Part shown: in pieces, positions 24,686-35,834 of the stretch
How the letters are laid out: each line of letters starts with the position of its first letter
Numbering within the stretch: the first letter of the stretch is position 1
Assembly: GCA_035193785.1 (NCBI GenBank)
Contig: CP136572.1
Coordinates: 3,700,578-3,764,577 of the forward strand
Source of the DNA: Planktothrix sp. GU0601_MAG3
Lineage (GTDB): Bacteria > Cyanobacteriota > Cyanobacteriia > Cyanobacteriales > Microcoleaceae
DNA length: 64,000 bases
Direction of reading: 5' to 3'
Program-made: the position numbers and the translations under genes
Notes under the pieces: model-generated
The model's input: only the letters and a program-made list of their open reading frames with translations
The model's database searches: none
What the model was told of the DNA's origin: nothing

Positions 24686-24968
24686 TTTTGTCAAGATATC
24701 AAAATGGTCTCTTGCGTCAAAAAATCAAATAAAGCTGCTGTAGCCCTAATCCTGTCGTTAATTTCGGCAATTTTAGACTGGATTGGGGACAAGTTTCCGC
24801 AAAATACTCCGGGCTGAATCCCCCTAGTGAAATATTTTTGATTGTTACAAAGTATAAAGATTTGTAATTATTATTGACAAAAGCAAAAAAGTATGCGCAT
24901 CGCCTGAGATAGATTTCTGAGATGGGGTATTCTATTCTAATCCTTGAGTAACTCAATTATATTTTAAT

Positions 24969-26217
24969 ATGGCAAATCGCCTGTTTTTAGACAACCGACT
25001 CCGAGAAAAATTTTTGAGTCAGAATGTAACAGAATTCAATATCAGTTTACCCCAAGATATTCTCGATATTGAGGACAAAACTCGGTCTAACCTGTTTAGC
25101 TGGCGTGGACAATTTGCTCCTCAATTAGTGGAAAACCTAATTTTTGCCTATGCTCCCAAAACCGCCACAATTTTAGATCCCTTTCTCGGAAGTGGAAACT
25201 GTAGTTTATGAAGCTGGGTGTTTAGGTTTAAAAGCATTTGGATGTGAACTTAATCCCGCAGCCTGGATTTTAAGTCGTACCTATCAATTGATTAACTTAA
25301 CACGACAGAAACGAGAACAGATCATTATATCTGTAACCCGGAAATTAGAAACTATACTGGAAATATCTAACTTTTTTGATATCCAGTACCATCAACCCCT
25401 GACAATAGAAGAATTTAGAAAAAATTTGAGTGAACTCTATGATCAATTAGAAGATTTTGAGAGTATTATTGTTCATGGGTTAGTGATCCTCTTAGATATC
25501 TCAGACAATAATAACTTAACCAGAGAACAAATTTACCATACCGCTTGTAAACTCTACCAATTAATTCGGGAACTTCCATATTCTGAAGAAAAAATTAATC
25601 CGGTTTTAGGGGATGCGCGTCAGCTTCCCATCGAAGATGATTGTATTGATTTTGTGATTACCTCTCCCCCCTATATCAACGTTTTCAATTATCACCAAAA
25701 TTACCGTAGTTCCGCAGAAATATTGGGTTGGGACTTACTCAAAATTGCTAAATCCGAAATAGGTTCAAATCGAGCTAACCGAGGCAATAGATTTTTGACT
25801 GTCATCCAATACTGTTTAGATCTAGTTGCAGTTCTCCAAGAGCTTCAGAGAGTCTGTCAAAAAGAAACACGAATCATTTTTGTAGTCGGTTATCAATCAA
25901 CGGTGTTAGGTGTTCCCTTCTATAATTCAAAAATTATTGTAGAATTAGTTAAACAGTCTGGTGTTTTTGACTCGGTACTCACACAAAAACGTCAATTTAA
26001 AAATAAGTTTGGTCAAATCATTCAAGAAGACTTATTACACTTAGTAAACAAAAAAGTTTCTATATCAGTTCAAGACTGGGATATAATTGCCAGACAGGTT
26101 GCTAGACAAGTTTTAACCCAAGGATTAAATGTAGTTTCAGAAAAAAATAAATCTTCTCTCAGAGACGCAATTGGTAAAGTTTATGGTTTAACTCCATCTC
26201 CCTATTTACAACAATAA
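24969..26217 (+). CDS. Type II DNA methyltransferase, probably N4-cytosine (frameshift at 25195)
   Basis: DPFLGSGT SAM motif followed by TSPPY catalytic motif; adjacent to an endonuclease gene. Confidence 0.85.
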
Positions 26218-26240
26218 AACCTCGAAAGGATAATCTGACA

Positions 26241-27153
26241 ATGCTGAAATTTCCAACGCCTCATTATGATAAACTCAAAGCTTGTTTGAAAAACCCTCAA
26301 TTACCTGCTGCTGACAAAGAACGAGTTGAACAATCCCTAAAACAATATCAACAATGGATACAAGCATTAGAAACTGTTGAACAAGATCAAACAAATACGG
26401 TGGAAAAGTTAGTAGAGGTAACTAATTTCTATCAGCGTTTCATTGAACTGGACTTAATCTTTGATAGTTCTGATAATTTTTTATATCGTCAAAAAGGACA
26501 ACTCAAACTAGATAATACAATTCTTGAGGAATTTCTCCCTCAATTGATCTATAGAAGTTTACGAGGAATTGATGACACCTTTGAAATTGGGCCACAAAAT
26601 ACCTTTTCTGGATTAAGTTTTTTGTCTTCTTTGGGAAATCAGGGTCAAGGGGGTGAAACCCAGTTTAAAAACGAAAAATCAAGATTTTATTTTAGGAAAA
26701 AAACTGTACTTAAAAACTTCATTAGATAGTGAGTTTAAAAATTCTAAGCTGCTTGAGTCACATCTAGGATATGTTTGTGCTGAATGTAAAACTAATTTAG
26801 ATAAAACGATGTTTCAGGAAGCAGTTGCTACCAGCAGAGATCTAAAAGTAGCTATTCCTAGTTCACTATACTTTTTAGTCTGCGAATTTTTGGATATGAC
26901 TCCAGTTTCTATTATTTCCACTCAGATTGATAATGTCTTAATTGTCAGAAAAAGTAAGCGTTTATCTGCAAATATTCGCCAGCAATATAAAACACCAGAA
27001 TCTCGAAAGCAACACCGCCAAAACTATGTAGATTTTCTCGATGAGTCGAAATATTATCCTGATGTTTTTCAAATAATGGTTAATAAAATTCAAACTTTAA
27101 TTAATGATACAGTACCCGAAATTGATCTGGTTTTGGAAAGAGGACATTTTTAA
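26241..27153 (+). CDS. Bpu10I-family type II restriction endonuclease (frameshift at 26655)
   Basis: LYRQKGQLKLDNTILEEF, KNQDF, AECKTNLDKTMFQEA, CEFLDM motifs. Confidence 0.82.
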
Positions 27154-27314
27154 CTGATTTTAGGGAGGTAGCCACTAATACTAATTACCGATTTCCTGCG
27201 TGTTATAATGGGGATGCTTGCTAGACTGTATAGTCTAAATGCTAAACAGCTTATATTATCCTGCATTTCTGAAACCTTCGGTTAGGTCAAAATCAAATTA
27301 CAACCTGAATAAAA

Positions 27315-27794
27315 ATGCGATTAATTATTACCCACACAACCCTGTTAAAATTGCATCCCGTTGATTCTTCAACCTTAACAGAGGCTCAAAAAATCAATTT
27401 TCCACTCGGGAGTCGCTTAATCCTAAGCAGCTACCAAGATCACAAACCCGATCATTACCAGATTACCTTAGTCGGATCTTTAGGAACTGGCAAAGATAAA
27501 AGTATGGTTTGGTATGTCTATAAACCCCATGCTTTAATTCTGACTTCTGACCGAGAGTTTGCTACCGTGAATTTGTCAACCGACACCCATCTTAATGTGC
27601 GTTCATCTCCCAATGTTGTTCCTGATAATGTAGTTTATAAAATCCCTAATCATGTTGATGTCGAATTAATTGAATGTTGCTTTAATCAGCAGTTATGGTG
27701 GTTAGGAAAACCGTTAGGTGATGACAAAAAAGCCTATGGATGGATTGCGGGAAAATATTTAAACCTTTATACTCCAGAAGGGTGTTCGCTGTAG
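27315..27794 (+). CDS. Hypothetical protein with C-terminal SH3b-like domain
   Basis: LNVRSSP...GWIAGKYL SH3b-like motif; N-terminal TLLKLHPVDSSTL...WYVY..H module. Confidence 0.6.
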   Translation: MRLIITHTTLLKLHPVDSSTLTEAQKINFPLGSRLILSSYQDHKPDHYQITLVGSLGTGKDKSMVWYVYKPHALILTSDREFATVNLSTDTHLNVRSSPNVVPDNVVYKIPNHVDVELIECCFNQQLWWLGKPLGDDKKAYGWIAGKYLNLYTPEGCSL

Positions 27795-27890
27795 TAGTTT
27801 TCCTAATTAATCCAACCTTTAATCTAGGGTTAAAAGGCGGTCAGTTTTTAAACAAGGCGATCGCTTTTTAAACCTTGATCAAATGTTGAG

Positions 27891-28799
27891 TTATCCCGCA
27901 CGAAACCAACCATTGATGGTGAAGCGTCCATCCTCAAACCGTTGGGATGGACAACTGACAGGCATCACCTCATGTTTGCAACGACTATCAAAAAAAACAA
28001 TACTATTATTATGGGGTTCAATATCAATAAATTCCCGTTCATTCAAGGCATAACCATTTTGCCATTCCGTGGCATACAGTCTTAAATTTCCTCCCGAAAA
28101 GTTTTTAGGTTCTTTATAAAAATAATAGACATAAGTAATAATACGAGTATTAGTTTCGGGACTACCCGAATCATTATGAATTTTATAAAAACACCCGTCA
28201 TTATGGGAGGTTAATTGCATTTCGACTTGAGAAACAGTAAAGGGTGAAAGGTTTAACTGGGTGAGGACAGAAGGAATTGTAGCGATTAATTTCTTTCGCA
28301 ATAATTCATAGAAATCAGGAAATAAAGTGGCATAAAGAATCGAAGATTTTCGATAATTACTTGCTTGAGTAGTGGTTTTAGATCCCACAAATTTATCCGG
28401 TTGTTTTAAAGCGATTTTCAAAGATTCTTTGTGTTCTTGAGGTTTTAAAAAATTTTCAATTTGTACATAATTAGCAGGTAAAATTTCCAGATTATTCTCA
28501 GTAACAATTGGGGGGGAAGGGGGGAGAAGTTCAACGGTGGTTGTGGAGGGTTGGGAAATAGGAGCAGCGTTAAAATTTGCAGATGAAGCCAGTAAGGATG
28601 GAGATTGTAGAAGTTCCAGGGGAGTAACGGAAGAACATCCCGACATTTCTAAGATTTTTAAGGCAATATTCGCCCGTTCAGTCGGAGAAACTGCTTGATC
28701 TTGAAGTAGGGTTTCTAGGGTGGTAATCGATTGATTAATTAAATGTTTGAGTCTTTCTATCGGAATCAGAGTACCAGTGGTAGGGGGGATAGTATTCAT
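27891..28799 (-). CDS. 2OG-Fe(II) oxygenase (prolyl-hydroxylase-like)
   Basis: YKIHND (HxD), FSGGNLRLY, KHEV, RFTINGW. Confidence 0.88.
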   Translation of the reverse strand: MNTIPPTTGTLIPIERLKHLINQSITTLETLLQDQAVSPTERANIALKILEMSGCSSVTPLELLQSPSLLASSANFNAAPISQPSTTTVELLPPSPPIVTENNLEILPANYVQIENFLKPQEHKESLKIALKQPDKFVGSKTTTQASNYRKSSILYATLFPDFYELLRKKLIATIPSVLTQLNLSPFTVSQVEMQLTSHNDGCFYKIHNDSGSPETNTRIITYVYYFYKEPKNFSGGNLRLYATEWQNGYALNEREFIDIEPHNNSIVFFDSRCKHEVMPVSCPSQRFEDGRFTINGWFRAG

Positions 28800-28936
28800 A
28801 CGGAGTTCGGGTAAAAACCATCGGAAAGCTATTCTCTCTATGGTGACATAAATTTTAGCATTGGGGTAGAGAAATGCAACAGAGCCAGAGCCATAGCCAG
28901 AGAGAGAGACGCGCCATGGCACGTCTCTACGATAGG

Positions 28937-31081
28937 TTAGATTTCGTCCCAACCACTGACGCCTGAAGACATCACATAACTGGTGACGCTGGCTTCAAAG
29001 AAATTGGCTTTAGTATGGGCTTCTTTTTTAGTATCCGAGAAGCGTTTCTAAATGGGTATAGGGACTTTTACTGTACTTTTTATCGGTATAAAGAGGCTCT
29101 AAACCGATAGACCGTAACCGAATATTGGCTAGATATTTGGTGTATTGTTCCGTACTATATTCCGTGATTCCCAGGATATTATTTCCCACAATATGATTCG
29201 TCCATTTACATTCATGTTCAACGGCGGTATTGAACATTTCGTAAATCTGATCAACCGAATGGGTAAACACTTGCATGGCTTCAGGAATTAATTTCTGGAA
29301 TAACCGCACATGACTCAATTCGTCCCTATTAATCATTTTGAAGATATCAGCAGATCCCGGCATTAACATCCGTGAAGCTAAATTGTAGAAGTAGATAACG
29401 CTACTACCCATCCTTTCAGTAGGGGCTAGAACATACCATTATCTTTAACCTTGTGCCCTTTCCGAGAATCAACCGATCTAATCGGATAACATTCTTTAGG
29501 TAATGGACTGATGTTGTATGTACCATTATTAATTTTTCTTAAAACGGCTTCACTTGACCACCCATATCTTTCAGTAATTTGTTTAAAAGATAGTGTCTGA
29601 TCACGCAGCAATTCATAAATCTGGTGAATATCATTCTCAGAAAGTTTTTTCCTTTTAATAGTCCGCTTTCTCAAGGGATACTCGGCAGATTCATCTAGCC
29701 ATGCGCGACCAAGATTTATATCAGCGATTGCATCAGGTGAGATACTGTACATATCAGCAATTTCTAGGAATTTAAGATTTGTACTGATAATTAAATCTTT
29801 AATCTCCCAAATATTGTGTTCCGTTAGTTTCTCATTTCCATTAAAAATGACTTGATTATAGCCATTGACTGTAGATTGAAAAAAATGAATCCAGTGTGAC
29901 TCTCTTTTTCTCAAATCACGACAGGGGATGTTATCTTCAATAACACAAAAAGAAAAATCCTTAATGTCTTTTTTCATATCATCATATAGGTCTGTTTTAA
30001 TTTGCCCTATACTACGGATATGTTGCGCCAGTCTATTGCCAAAATTAATCGTTGTGCAACCGATATAAATCTTGCCGTTTTTAAGATTTTTAATCTGATA
30101 GACAACACCTGTTAAACTTGCCATACAGATCACTATTAAATCAGATGATACATCCATTATAAAAGTCAATCCCCTTATGGTCAAGTCGGTTAAAGATACT
30201 CACCCTCTGTTCGTTGAACCTTCTCCTTTTATGAGGAGCTTGGCTGCTGATTGCCCATTGTAAAGATTAGATCCCTTGCGGCTTCCAATCAATCCTTTAA
30301 CTTTTTTCTGCTCTCGCACCTGGTGCGCTAATCATTTCTAATTTCGCTTTGGTATAAAGGCTTTAGGGGGTTCCAGCAATTTGATGAGTTTTCACTAACA
30401 TCTCGCGGTGCTAGGGGGCCACTAATTTAACCCATTATAGAAGTAAATCCCTTCTAACATATAGTCTGCTAAGAGGGAAATAAAGTAATTTTCCAGGGTG
30501 GGATTATCCATATATTGTTGATAAATTCCGGCAATGAATTCACAGCGATCGCGCAAAACACTATCGGTTTTCCAAAACTCATAAACAAAGGTTCTCCGAT
30601 CGGATGGAATAATCGTTTCAATCATGTATTGATAACTCTGATTGTGCATCGCCTCCTGAGAAGTTTGTTCCGCCATACAAAGACTAATTTCTGGGGCAGT
30701 TACACAACTTTTTAGATGAGGAATATTGCAGGTTTGAACAGAATCTAAGAACGTTAAATAACTTAAAATTCCATCAAATGCCCAACGTTCATCGGGAGTT
30801 AAGTTAACATAATCCACGACATCCTGAGTAATATCTAATTTTTCAGGTACCCAGAAATTCTCGCGCATTTGTTTATACAAACCCACGGCCCAGGAATACC
30901 GCACATCATTTAATTGCATTAAATTTGTGGTTTCCCCAAACCAAATAGAACGATGATTAATATCATCATTTCCATTCGGATTAAAAATCGGATTTATGGG
31001 CATAGTTAAAGGCTTTCTATGCCCATTTTTGTCCCTTGCTGCGGATGAAGCAAAGTCTAAGGTCATACTGCTAAAATCCAT
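28937..31081 (-). CDS. nrdB: Class Ia ribonucleotide reductase beta subunit; exon 1 31081-30430, exon 2 29398-28937 (frameshift at 29044)
   Basis: Metal/radical motifs LDSVQ, QEAMHNQSY, EGIYF, RDELSH; splicing gives EGIYFYNG-F-IYFYNL; C-terminus ANFFEASVTSY. Confidence 0.93.
29399..30429 (-). mobile_element. Group I intron in nrdB
   Basis: Exon ends GGGU and can pair with intron GCCC (U.G at splice site); P-like AAATTGCTGGAA, Q-like AATCAGCAGCCAAG, R-like GTTCAACGAACAG, P7' TATGTTC; ends in omega-G; removal restores the frame. Confidence 0.92.
29426..30124 (-). CDS. Intron-encoded GIY-YIG homing endonuclease
   Basis: GVVYQIKNLKNGKIYIG, conserved R/H/E, NGYN; two C-terminal HTH-like repeats. 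Confidence 0.9.
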   Translation of the reverse strand: MASLTGVVYQIKNLKNGKIYIGCTTINFGNRLAQHIRSIGQIKTDLYDDMKKDIKDFSFCVIEDNIPCRDLRKRESHWIHFFQSTVNGYNQVIFNGNEKLTEHNIWEIKDLIISTNLKFLEIADMYSISPDAIADINLGRAWLDESAEYPLRKRTIKRKKLSENDIHQIYELLRDQTLSFKQITERYGWSSEAVLRKINNGTYNISPLPKECYPIRSVDSRKGHKVKDNGMF

Positions 31082-31132
31082 AATTTTCTCCTACCAGTAT
31101 GACATAGTTCTATAAAGTTGGTCTGTTAGCCT

Positions 31133-33397
31133 TTAATTTGCACAGGCAACGCAACCATCATCGGCTTCTTTAAAACTATCGCGCTGCACGGTTCTGACAT
31201 AATAAACAGCCTTACAGCCTTCTTGCCAAGCTAAGACTAAGGTATCAAAAATATCCTTAGCTTTGATAGCGCGATCTGGTTCATCTGGAAAATAAACTCC
31301 CTCGTTTAAATTAAACATTAATTCCATGGAAATTCCGGTATCAATCCACTTTTGAACTGTAGCAACAGCCTTGACAACAATTTGTTGATTGAGGCTTTTA
31401 TTTTCTGGGTAAAACCAAAAATGATCCTGAAGAAATGGGGGAGCAATGGGAACGGTTCCCTTCGCCCATTTATCATAGAAAAAACGACTATAACAGGGTA
31501 AAATACTAGCGGTACATCCTTGAACTAAGGAAGAAGATGTGTTCGGAGCGATCGCGGTAATATGAGAATTCCGAATCCCATATTTTTGAATATCTAAACT
31601 CAATTGTTGCCAGCGTTCTTTCCGGGCAGCGTGTTGCAAAAACCACTCTACGGGTTTCGCCCCAATTAACTTTCCTTGACTCCAAGCACTGCCTTGAAAA
31701 GCCGGATAATAGCCCCGTTCCTTTGCCAGTTCCATCGAGGTTTTGGTACAATAGAAACCAATATCTTCAAACAGATGACTAATTTCGGTTAAATGGTTAT
31801 AGGTTAATCGACGTTTGGCTAACCAATCAGCTAACCCCATCGCCCCTACCCCAATCGTCCGATATTTTTGGTTATGGGTTTTACTAGCTGCAAAAGGCGT
31901 GTTAGTAATTTCGATAGTATTATCTAACATCCGCACTGCAATTTCACAGACTTCCGGGAGTTCTTCTTGTTCAATATTAGCTAAGTTTAAAGAATCTAAA
32001 TTGCAGGTATGAGCTTCTTCTCCGGGTTTGACATTTGACCAGCTTTCTTGACATAAATTTCCCCCGGGAATATACCCCTCATGTTGATTCGGATTTGCCC
32101 GATTTGAAGTATCTTTGAACCACAGATAAGGCATTCCCGTTTCCACCTGAGAACGCATGATCAACTTAAATAAATCCCGGGCATTTACCTTTTTATAAAG
32201 GATGATTTTTGTATCTAAGTTTGCTTCAATTTGTTGATAGACACTTTCAAAAGATTCCCCCCAAGTTTCAGCTAATTCAATCCCCAATTTCTCTCTAATT
32301 TCATAGGGATCAACCAGTGTCCAGTCCTCTCGACTAATCACCCGACGCATGAATTCATCGGGAATCACTAATTGAGGAAAAATATCATAGGCCTTGCGAC
32401 GTTGATCTCCATTTTCGGTCTGCATTTCTAGGAATTCAGGAACGTCTAAATGCCAGACATCTAAACTCACCGTAATTGCCCCCGCCCGACGTCCGCCTTG
32501 ATTCACCGCGATCGCCGTATCATTTAATAATTTAATCCAAGGAATCACACCCCCGGAGGTGTTTTGTTTCCCCATCACCCAACTACCTGTTGACCGCACT
32601 CGGCTGACATTTGTGCCCACACCGCCACCATTTTTAGAAATTCTGGCGGCATCTTTAATCGTGTCAAAAATGCTTTCCAAATTATCATCCATTGCCGTAA
32701 TAAAACAGCTACTCAAGGAGCCGTGAGGAATCCTTAAATTTGCTAGAATGGGGGTGGCTAAGGAAACTTTCCGCCCGGCGATCGCTTGATAAAACCTTCT
32801 CGCCCAAAATAACCTATTTTCAGGTTTTTCCACCATTGCTAATAGCAACGCACAGGTTAATAGAGCTTCTTGGGGCAATTCATCCGTTAATAAATAGCGT
32901 TTACTTAACAAAACAGCCCCGGCATAATCATAATCTTTGTCCCATTCGGGGTTAATCCAACTGCCAGCTTCTTGAAGTTCTTCGGCGGTGTAAGTCAAAA
33001 TCCGAACGTCATATTGTCCCTGTTCCACCTTATTATGAACCGTTCTGCAATAGTCGCCGTATTCATAACCCCGACAGACTAAGGTATCCTTCCATACACT
33101 CCAAATATGCAGTCTTCCCGCCACATAACGCCAGTTTGGGTCAGAGGGGCTGCACAATTCCAAGGCACAACTAATTAAATTATCCTGAATTTCTCGGGTG
33201 GTCACACCATGGCGGAGGCGGGTGGTGAGTCCTGCTTCTAGGGTAATCGGATTTGCCTCCATTCCCTCACAGGCCCAGTTGACAACTTCTCGAATTTTGG
33301 ATACATCCAACGGGGCCAGACTGCCATCTCGCTTAATGACTTTAATATTTTTATTCGGGGTGATGATAATTGATGGTGATGTTGATTGCATGATCAA
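31133..33397 (-). CDS. nrdA: Class Ia ribonucleotide reductase alpha subunit with ATP cone
   Basis: VIKRDG ATP cone, SSCF, GNLCQE, IAPNTSSS, VYYVR, C-terminal CVAC. Confidence 0.95.
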   Translation of the reverse strand: MIMQSTSPSIIITPNKNIKVIKRDGSLAPLDVSKIREVVNWACEGMEANPITLEAGLTTRLRHGVTTREIQDNLISCALELCSPSDPNWRYVAGRLHIWSVWKDTLVCRGYEYGDYCRTVHNKVEQGQYDVRILTYTAEELQEAGSWINPEWDKDYDYAGAVLLSKRYLLTDELPQEALLTCALLLAMVEKPENRLFWARRFYQAIAGRKVSLATPILANLRIPHGSLSSCFITAMDDNLESIFDTIKDAARISKNGGGVGTNVSRVRSTGSWVMGKQNTSGGVIPWIKLLNDTAIAVNQGGRRAGAITVSLDVWHLDVPEFLEMQTENGDQRRKAYDIFPQLVIPDEFMRRVISREDWTLVDPYEIREKLGIELAETWGESFESVYQQIEANLDTKIILYKKVNARDLFKLIMRSQVETGMPYLWFKDTSNRANPNQHEGYIPGGNLCQESWSNVKPGEEAHTCNLDSLNLANIEQEELPEVCEIAVRMLDNTIEITNTPFAASKTHNQKYRTIGVGAMGLADWLAKRRLTYNHLTEISHLFEDIGFYCTKTSMELAKERGYYPAFQGSAWSQGKLIGAKPVEWFLQHAARKERWQQLSLDIQKYGIRNSHITAIAPNTSSSLVQGCTASILPCYSRFFYDKWAKGTVPIAPPFLQDHFWFYPENKSLNQQIVVKAVATVQKWIDTGISMELMFNLNEGVYFPDEPDRAIKAKDIFDTLVLAWQEGCKAVYYVRTVQRDSFKEADDGCVACAN

Positions 33398-33446
33398 TAT
33401 TTTTGCCCACTGCTATAATGAATTGACGCCTTACCACTGTACTCTA

Positions 33447-33503
33447 ATTCCATATTTAGTGACAGGGATTGACAAAAATCTTATTTTCCGCTATATTTAG
33501 TGT
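33447..33503 (-). promoter_or_regulatory. Tandem NrdR-box-like sites upstream of nrdA
   Basis: Minus strand ACACTAAATATAGCGG (33503-33488) and TCACTAAATATGGAAT (33462-33447), 41 nt apart. Confidence 0.65.
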
Positions 33504-33723
33504 TATATTTGGTAAATTTACTTAAAATAGGGCTTATTAGTATTATTAAGTTGCCAAAAAAACCAACCCCAATTTGGAGTTAAGTTTGGCTAAATCGAGA
33601 GTCTAGGAGTGGGTTATATCAAAATATTGAATCGTTATTAATCCTCTAAATCAGTCCTCTAGGTGCGGGTTTACACTAAGAAACAGATGGGTTGATGCGG
33701 CGAGATGAAGATTTTACCGAATC

Positions 33724-33897
33724 TTAATAGGGTTGAGTTGATGGAATTTCAATCATAAACTCAGCCCCCTCGCCAGGAGAAGAACAACAGGTAATACGAC
33801 CTTGATGCTGTTGAACAACAATTTGATAACTAATTGATAATCCCAACCCCGTACCGCAACCCACAGGCTTTGTTCTGAAAAATGGGTCAAATAAATC
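33724..33897 (-). pseudogene. C-terminal fragment of a histidine kinase HATPase domain
   Basis: Translates as DLFDPFFRTKPVGCGTGLGLSISYQIVVQQHQGRITCCSSPGEGAEFMIEIP with no upstream kinase. Confidence 0.8.
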
Positions 33898-33994
33898 AGG
33901 ACTTACGCAAGCACGCTATATATGGCGTGTCAAAAGTAGACGATCACATACCTCTGATATTGATACTTAAAAACTAATTAGCGATCGCCAATTA

Positions 33995-34429
33995 TCACTC
34001 ACTTTGAATTTCCTTAACCACCAAAACCGAGCAATTTGCCTCTGAAACCACCTGAGAACTCACCGACCCTTCCAAGATGCGCTTGACCCCCGTTAATCCC
34101 CGGTTTCCAATAATAATCAGATCCGCCCGATAAATATTAGCCAAACGAATGATTTCTTCTGCCGGATCACCTGCGACAATCTCAATTTCAGTCTCACAAT
34201 CCAACTGATCCTGATAGGATCTAAGTTGCTTTTCCAGATGGCCATAGGGAAATTCCTCCGTTCGGTGGCCGGGCCGATCCGCCACCAGATCAAAATCCGA
34301 TTCCACCGTCCGAACAACATGGCAGAAGATCACGTTGGTTGTGGGTTGCAATTGCAGTTGGCCCAGTGCCTTAATCACAAACTTAGTAGTTGGTGAATCA
34401 TCCACAGCAACCAAAATCGTATTCAGCAC
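33995..34429 (-). CDS. Universal stress protein
   Basis: ILVAVDDS, GDPAEEI, DLIIIGNRG, GSVSSQVV..ANCSVLVV. Confidence 0.92.
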   Translation of the reverse strand: MLNTILVAVDDSPTTKFVIKALGQLQLQPTTNVIFCHVVRTVESDFDLVADRPGHRTEEFPYGHLEKQLRSYQDQLDCETEIEIVAGDPAEEIIRLANIYRADLIIIGNRGLTGVKRILEGSVSSQVVSEANCSVLVVKEIQSE

Positions 34430-34537
34430 AAAAACGTCTCCTCTAAACAACTGGAAAATCACCCCGCCTTGAAATCCTACCACTTCAAACCCCGATTCTA
34501 AAGCCAAGACCCCAAAGTTAACGGCTATGACTCACGG

Positions 34538-35834
34538 TTAAGGTTCGGTGCGGAGTCGTACCGAGTCCCCATGGGACGGCAAACCCTCCGCCTCGGTCAA
34601 CACCTGAATAGCCCCAGCCACTTTCTGTAAAGCCGTTGGAGAATACTGAATTAAACTCGAATGTTTCATAAACGTTTCCACCCCCAAGGCCGACGCATAA
34701 CGAGCCGCCCCCGATGTCGGTAAAGTGTGGTTAGGGCCAGCTAAATAATCCCCAACGGCTTCCGGGGTAGAACAACCCAAAAATATCGCCCCGGCATGGC
34801 GAATGCTCTCCAGCAATTCCCAGGGTTTCAGCCACCTCTAATTCCAAATGTTCCGGGGCAAACTCATTAGACAACTCCGCCGCAGCTTCCAAGGAATCGA
34901 CCACCACCACCACCCCATAGTGGGCGATCGCTTTTTCCGTCAACGTGCGTCGAGGATGGTTCACCAACTGCCTTTCCACCTCCGCCACCACTTGCCGGGC
35001 CAAGGCAGAATCCGTGGTTAATAAAATTGCCGCCGCCAGGGTATCATGTTCGGCCTGGGCCAACAAATCCGCCGCGACGTGCACCGGGTTCGCCGTACTA
35101 TCGGCAATAATCAATACTTCCGATGGCCCAGCCAGGGAATCAATTCCCACCGTGCCATAAACCAATTTTTTCGCCAAGGTGACATAGATATTGCCCGGGC
35201 CAGTAATCACATCAACTTTCGGGATCGTTTCCGTACCATAGGCCAAGGCTGCGATCGCCTGCGCCCCACCGACCCGATAAATTTCCTGCACCCCCGCTTC
35301 CTGAGCCGCCACCAACACCGCCGGATTCACCTGACAATCTGGCCCCGGGGGGGTCACCACCACAATCCTAGGAACCTTAGCTACCTGAGCCGGAACCGCA
35401 TTCATCAAAACCGTACTGGGGTACGAAGCTTTCCCCCCAGGTACATACAAACCCGCCCGGTCAACGGGGGTAAATCGTTTACCCAGAACAATATCATCCT
35501 CCCCAAACTGCACCCAGGACTTAGGAGTGCGCTGGCGGTGAAACGCTTCAATTTGTTGGCGGGCAAATCGGATCGCATCCAACAATTCCTTCGATACTTG
35601 CTGGTAAGCTGCGTCCAACTCCGAACCACTCACCCGCAACTCATCTAATGTCAATATTTTTTGATCGAATTCTTCCGTATAGTGCAGAAGGGCCTTATCC
35701 CCTTGACGCCGAACCGTTTGCAAAACTTCCCGCACGGTTGCTTCCTTATGGATCATCGCGTCATCATGGGTACGGTCAGAGATCCGTCGCAATTCAGCTT
35801 GTGCTTCAACCCACTGAGTAATAATTCGCAGCAT
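34538..35834 (-). CDS. hisD: Histidinol dehydrogenase (frameshift at 34825)
   Basis: YVPGG..YPSTVLM, GGAQAIAALAYGT, GPGNIYV, AQAEH, APEHL, GDYLAGPNHTLPT. Confidence 0.97.

Noticed and set aside
24969..26217. Local MTase as the cause of the GAAC/GTTC errors
   Set aside because: Its partner belongs to a family known for CTNAG-containing sites and the error contexts share nothing beyond the 4-mer; not excluded without a methylome
28800..28952. N-terminal extension of the 2OG oxygenase ORF
   Set aside because: It runs through a REP palindrome and the true nrdB 3' end; ATG 28799 is the more plausible start
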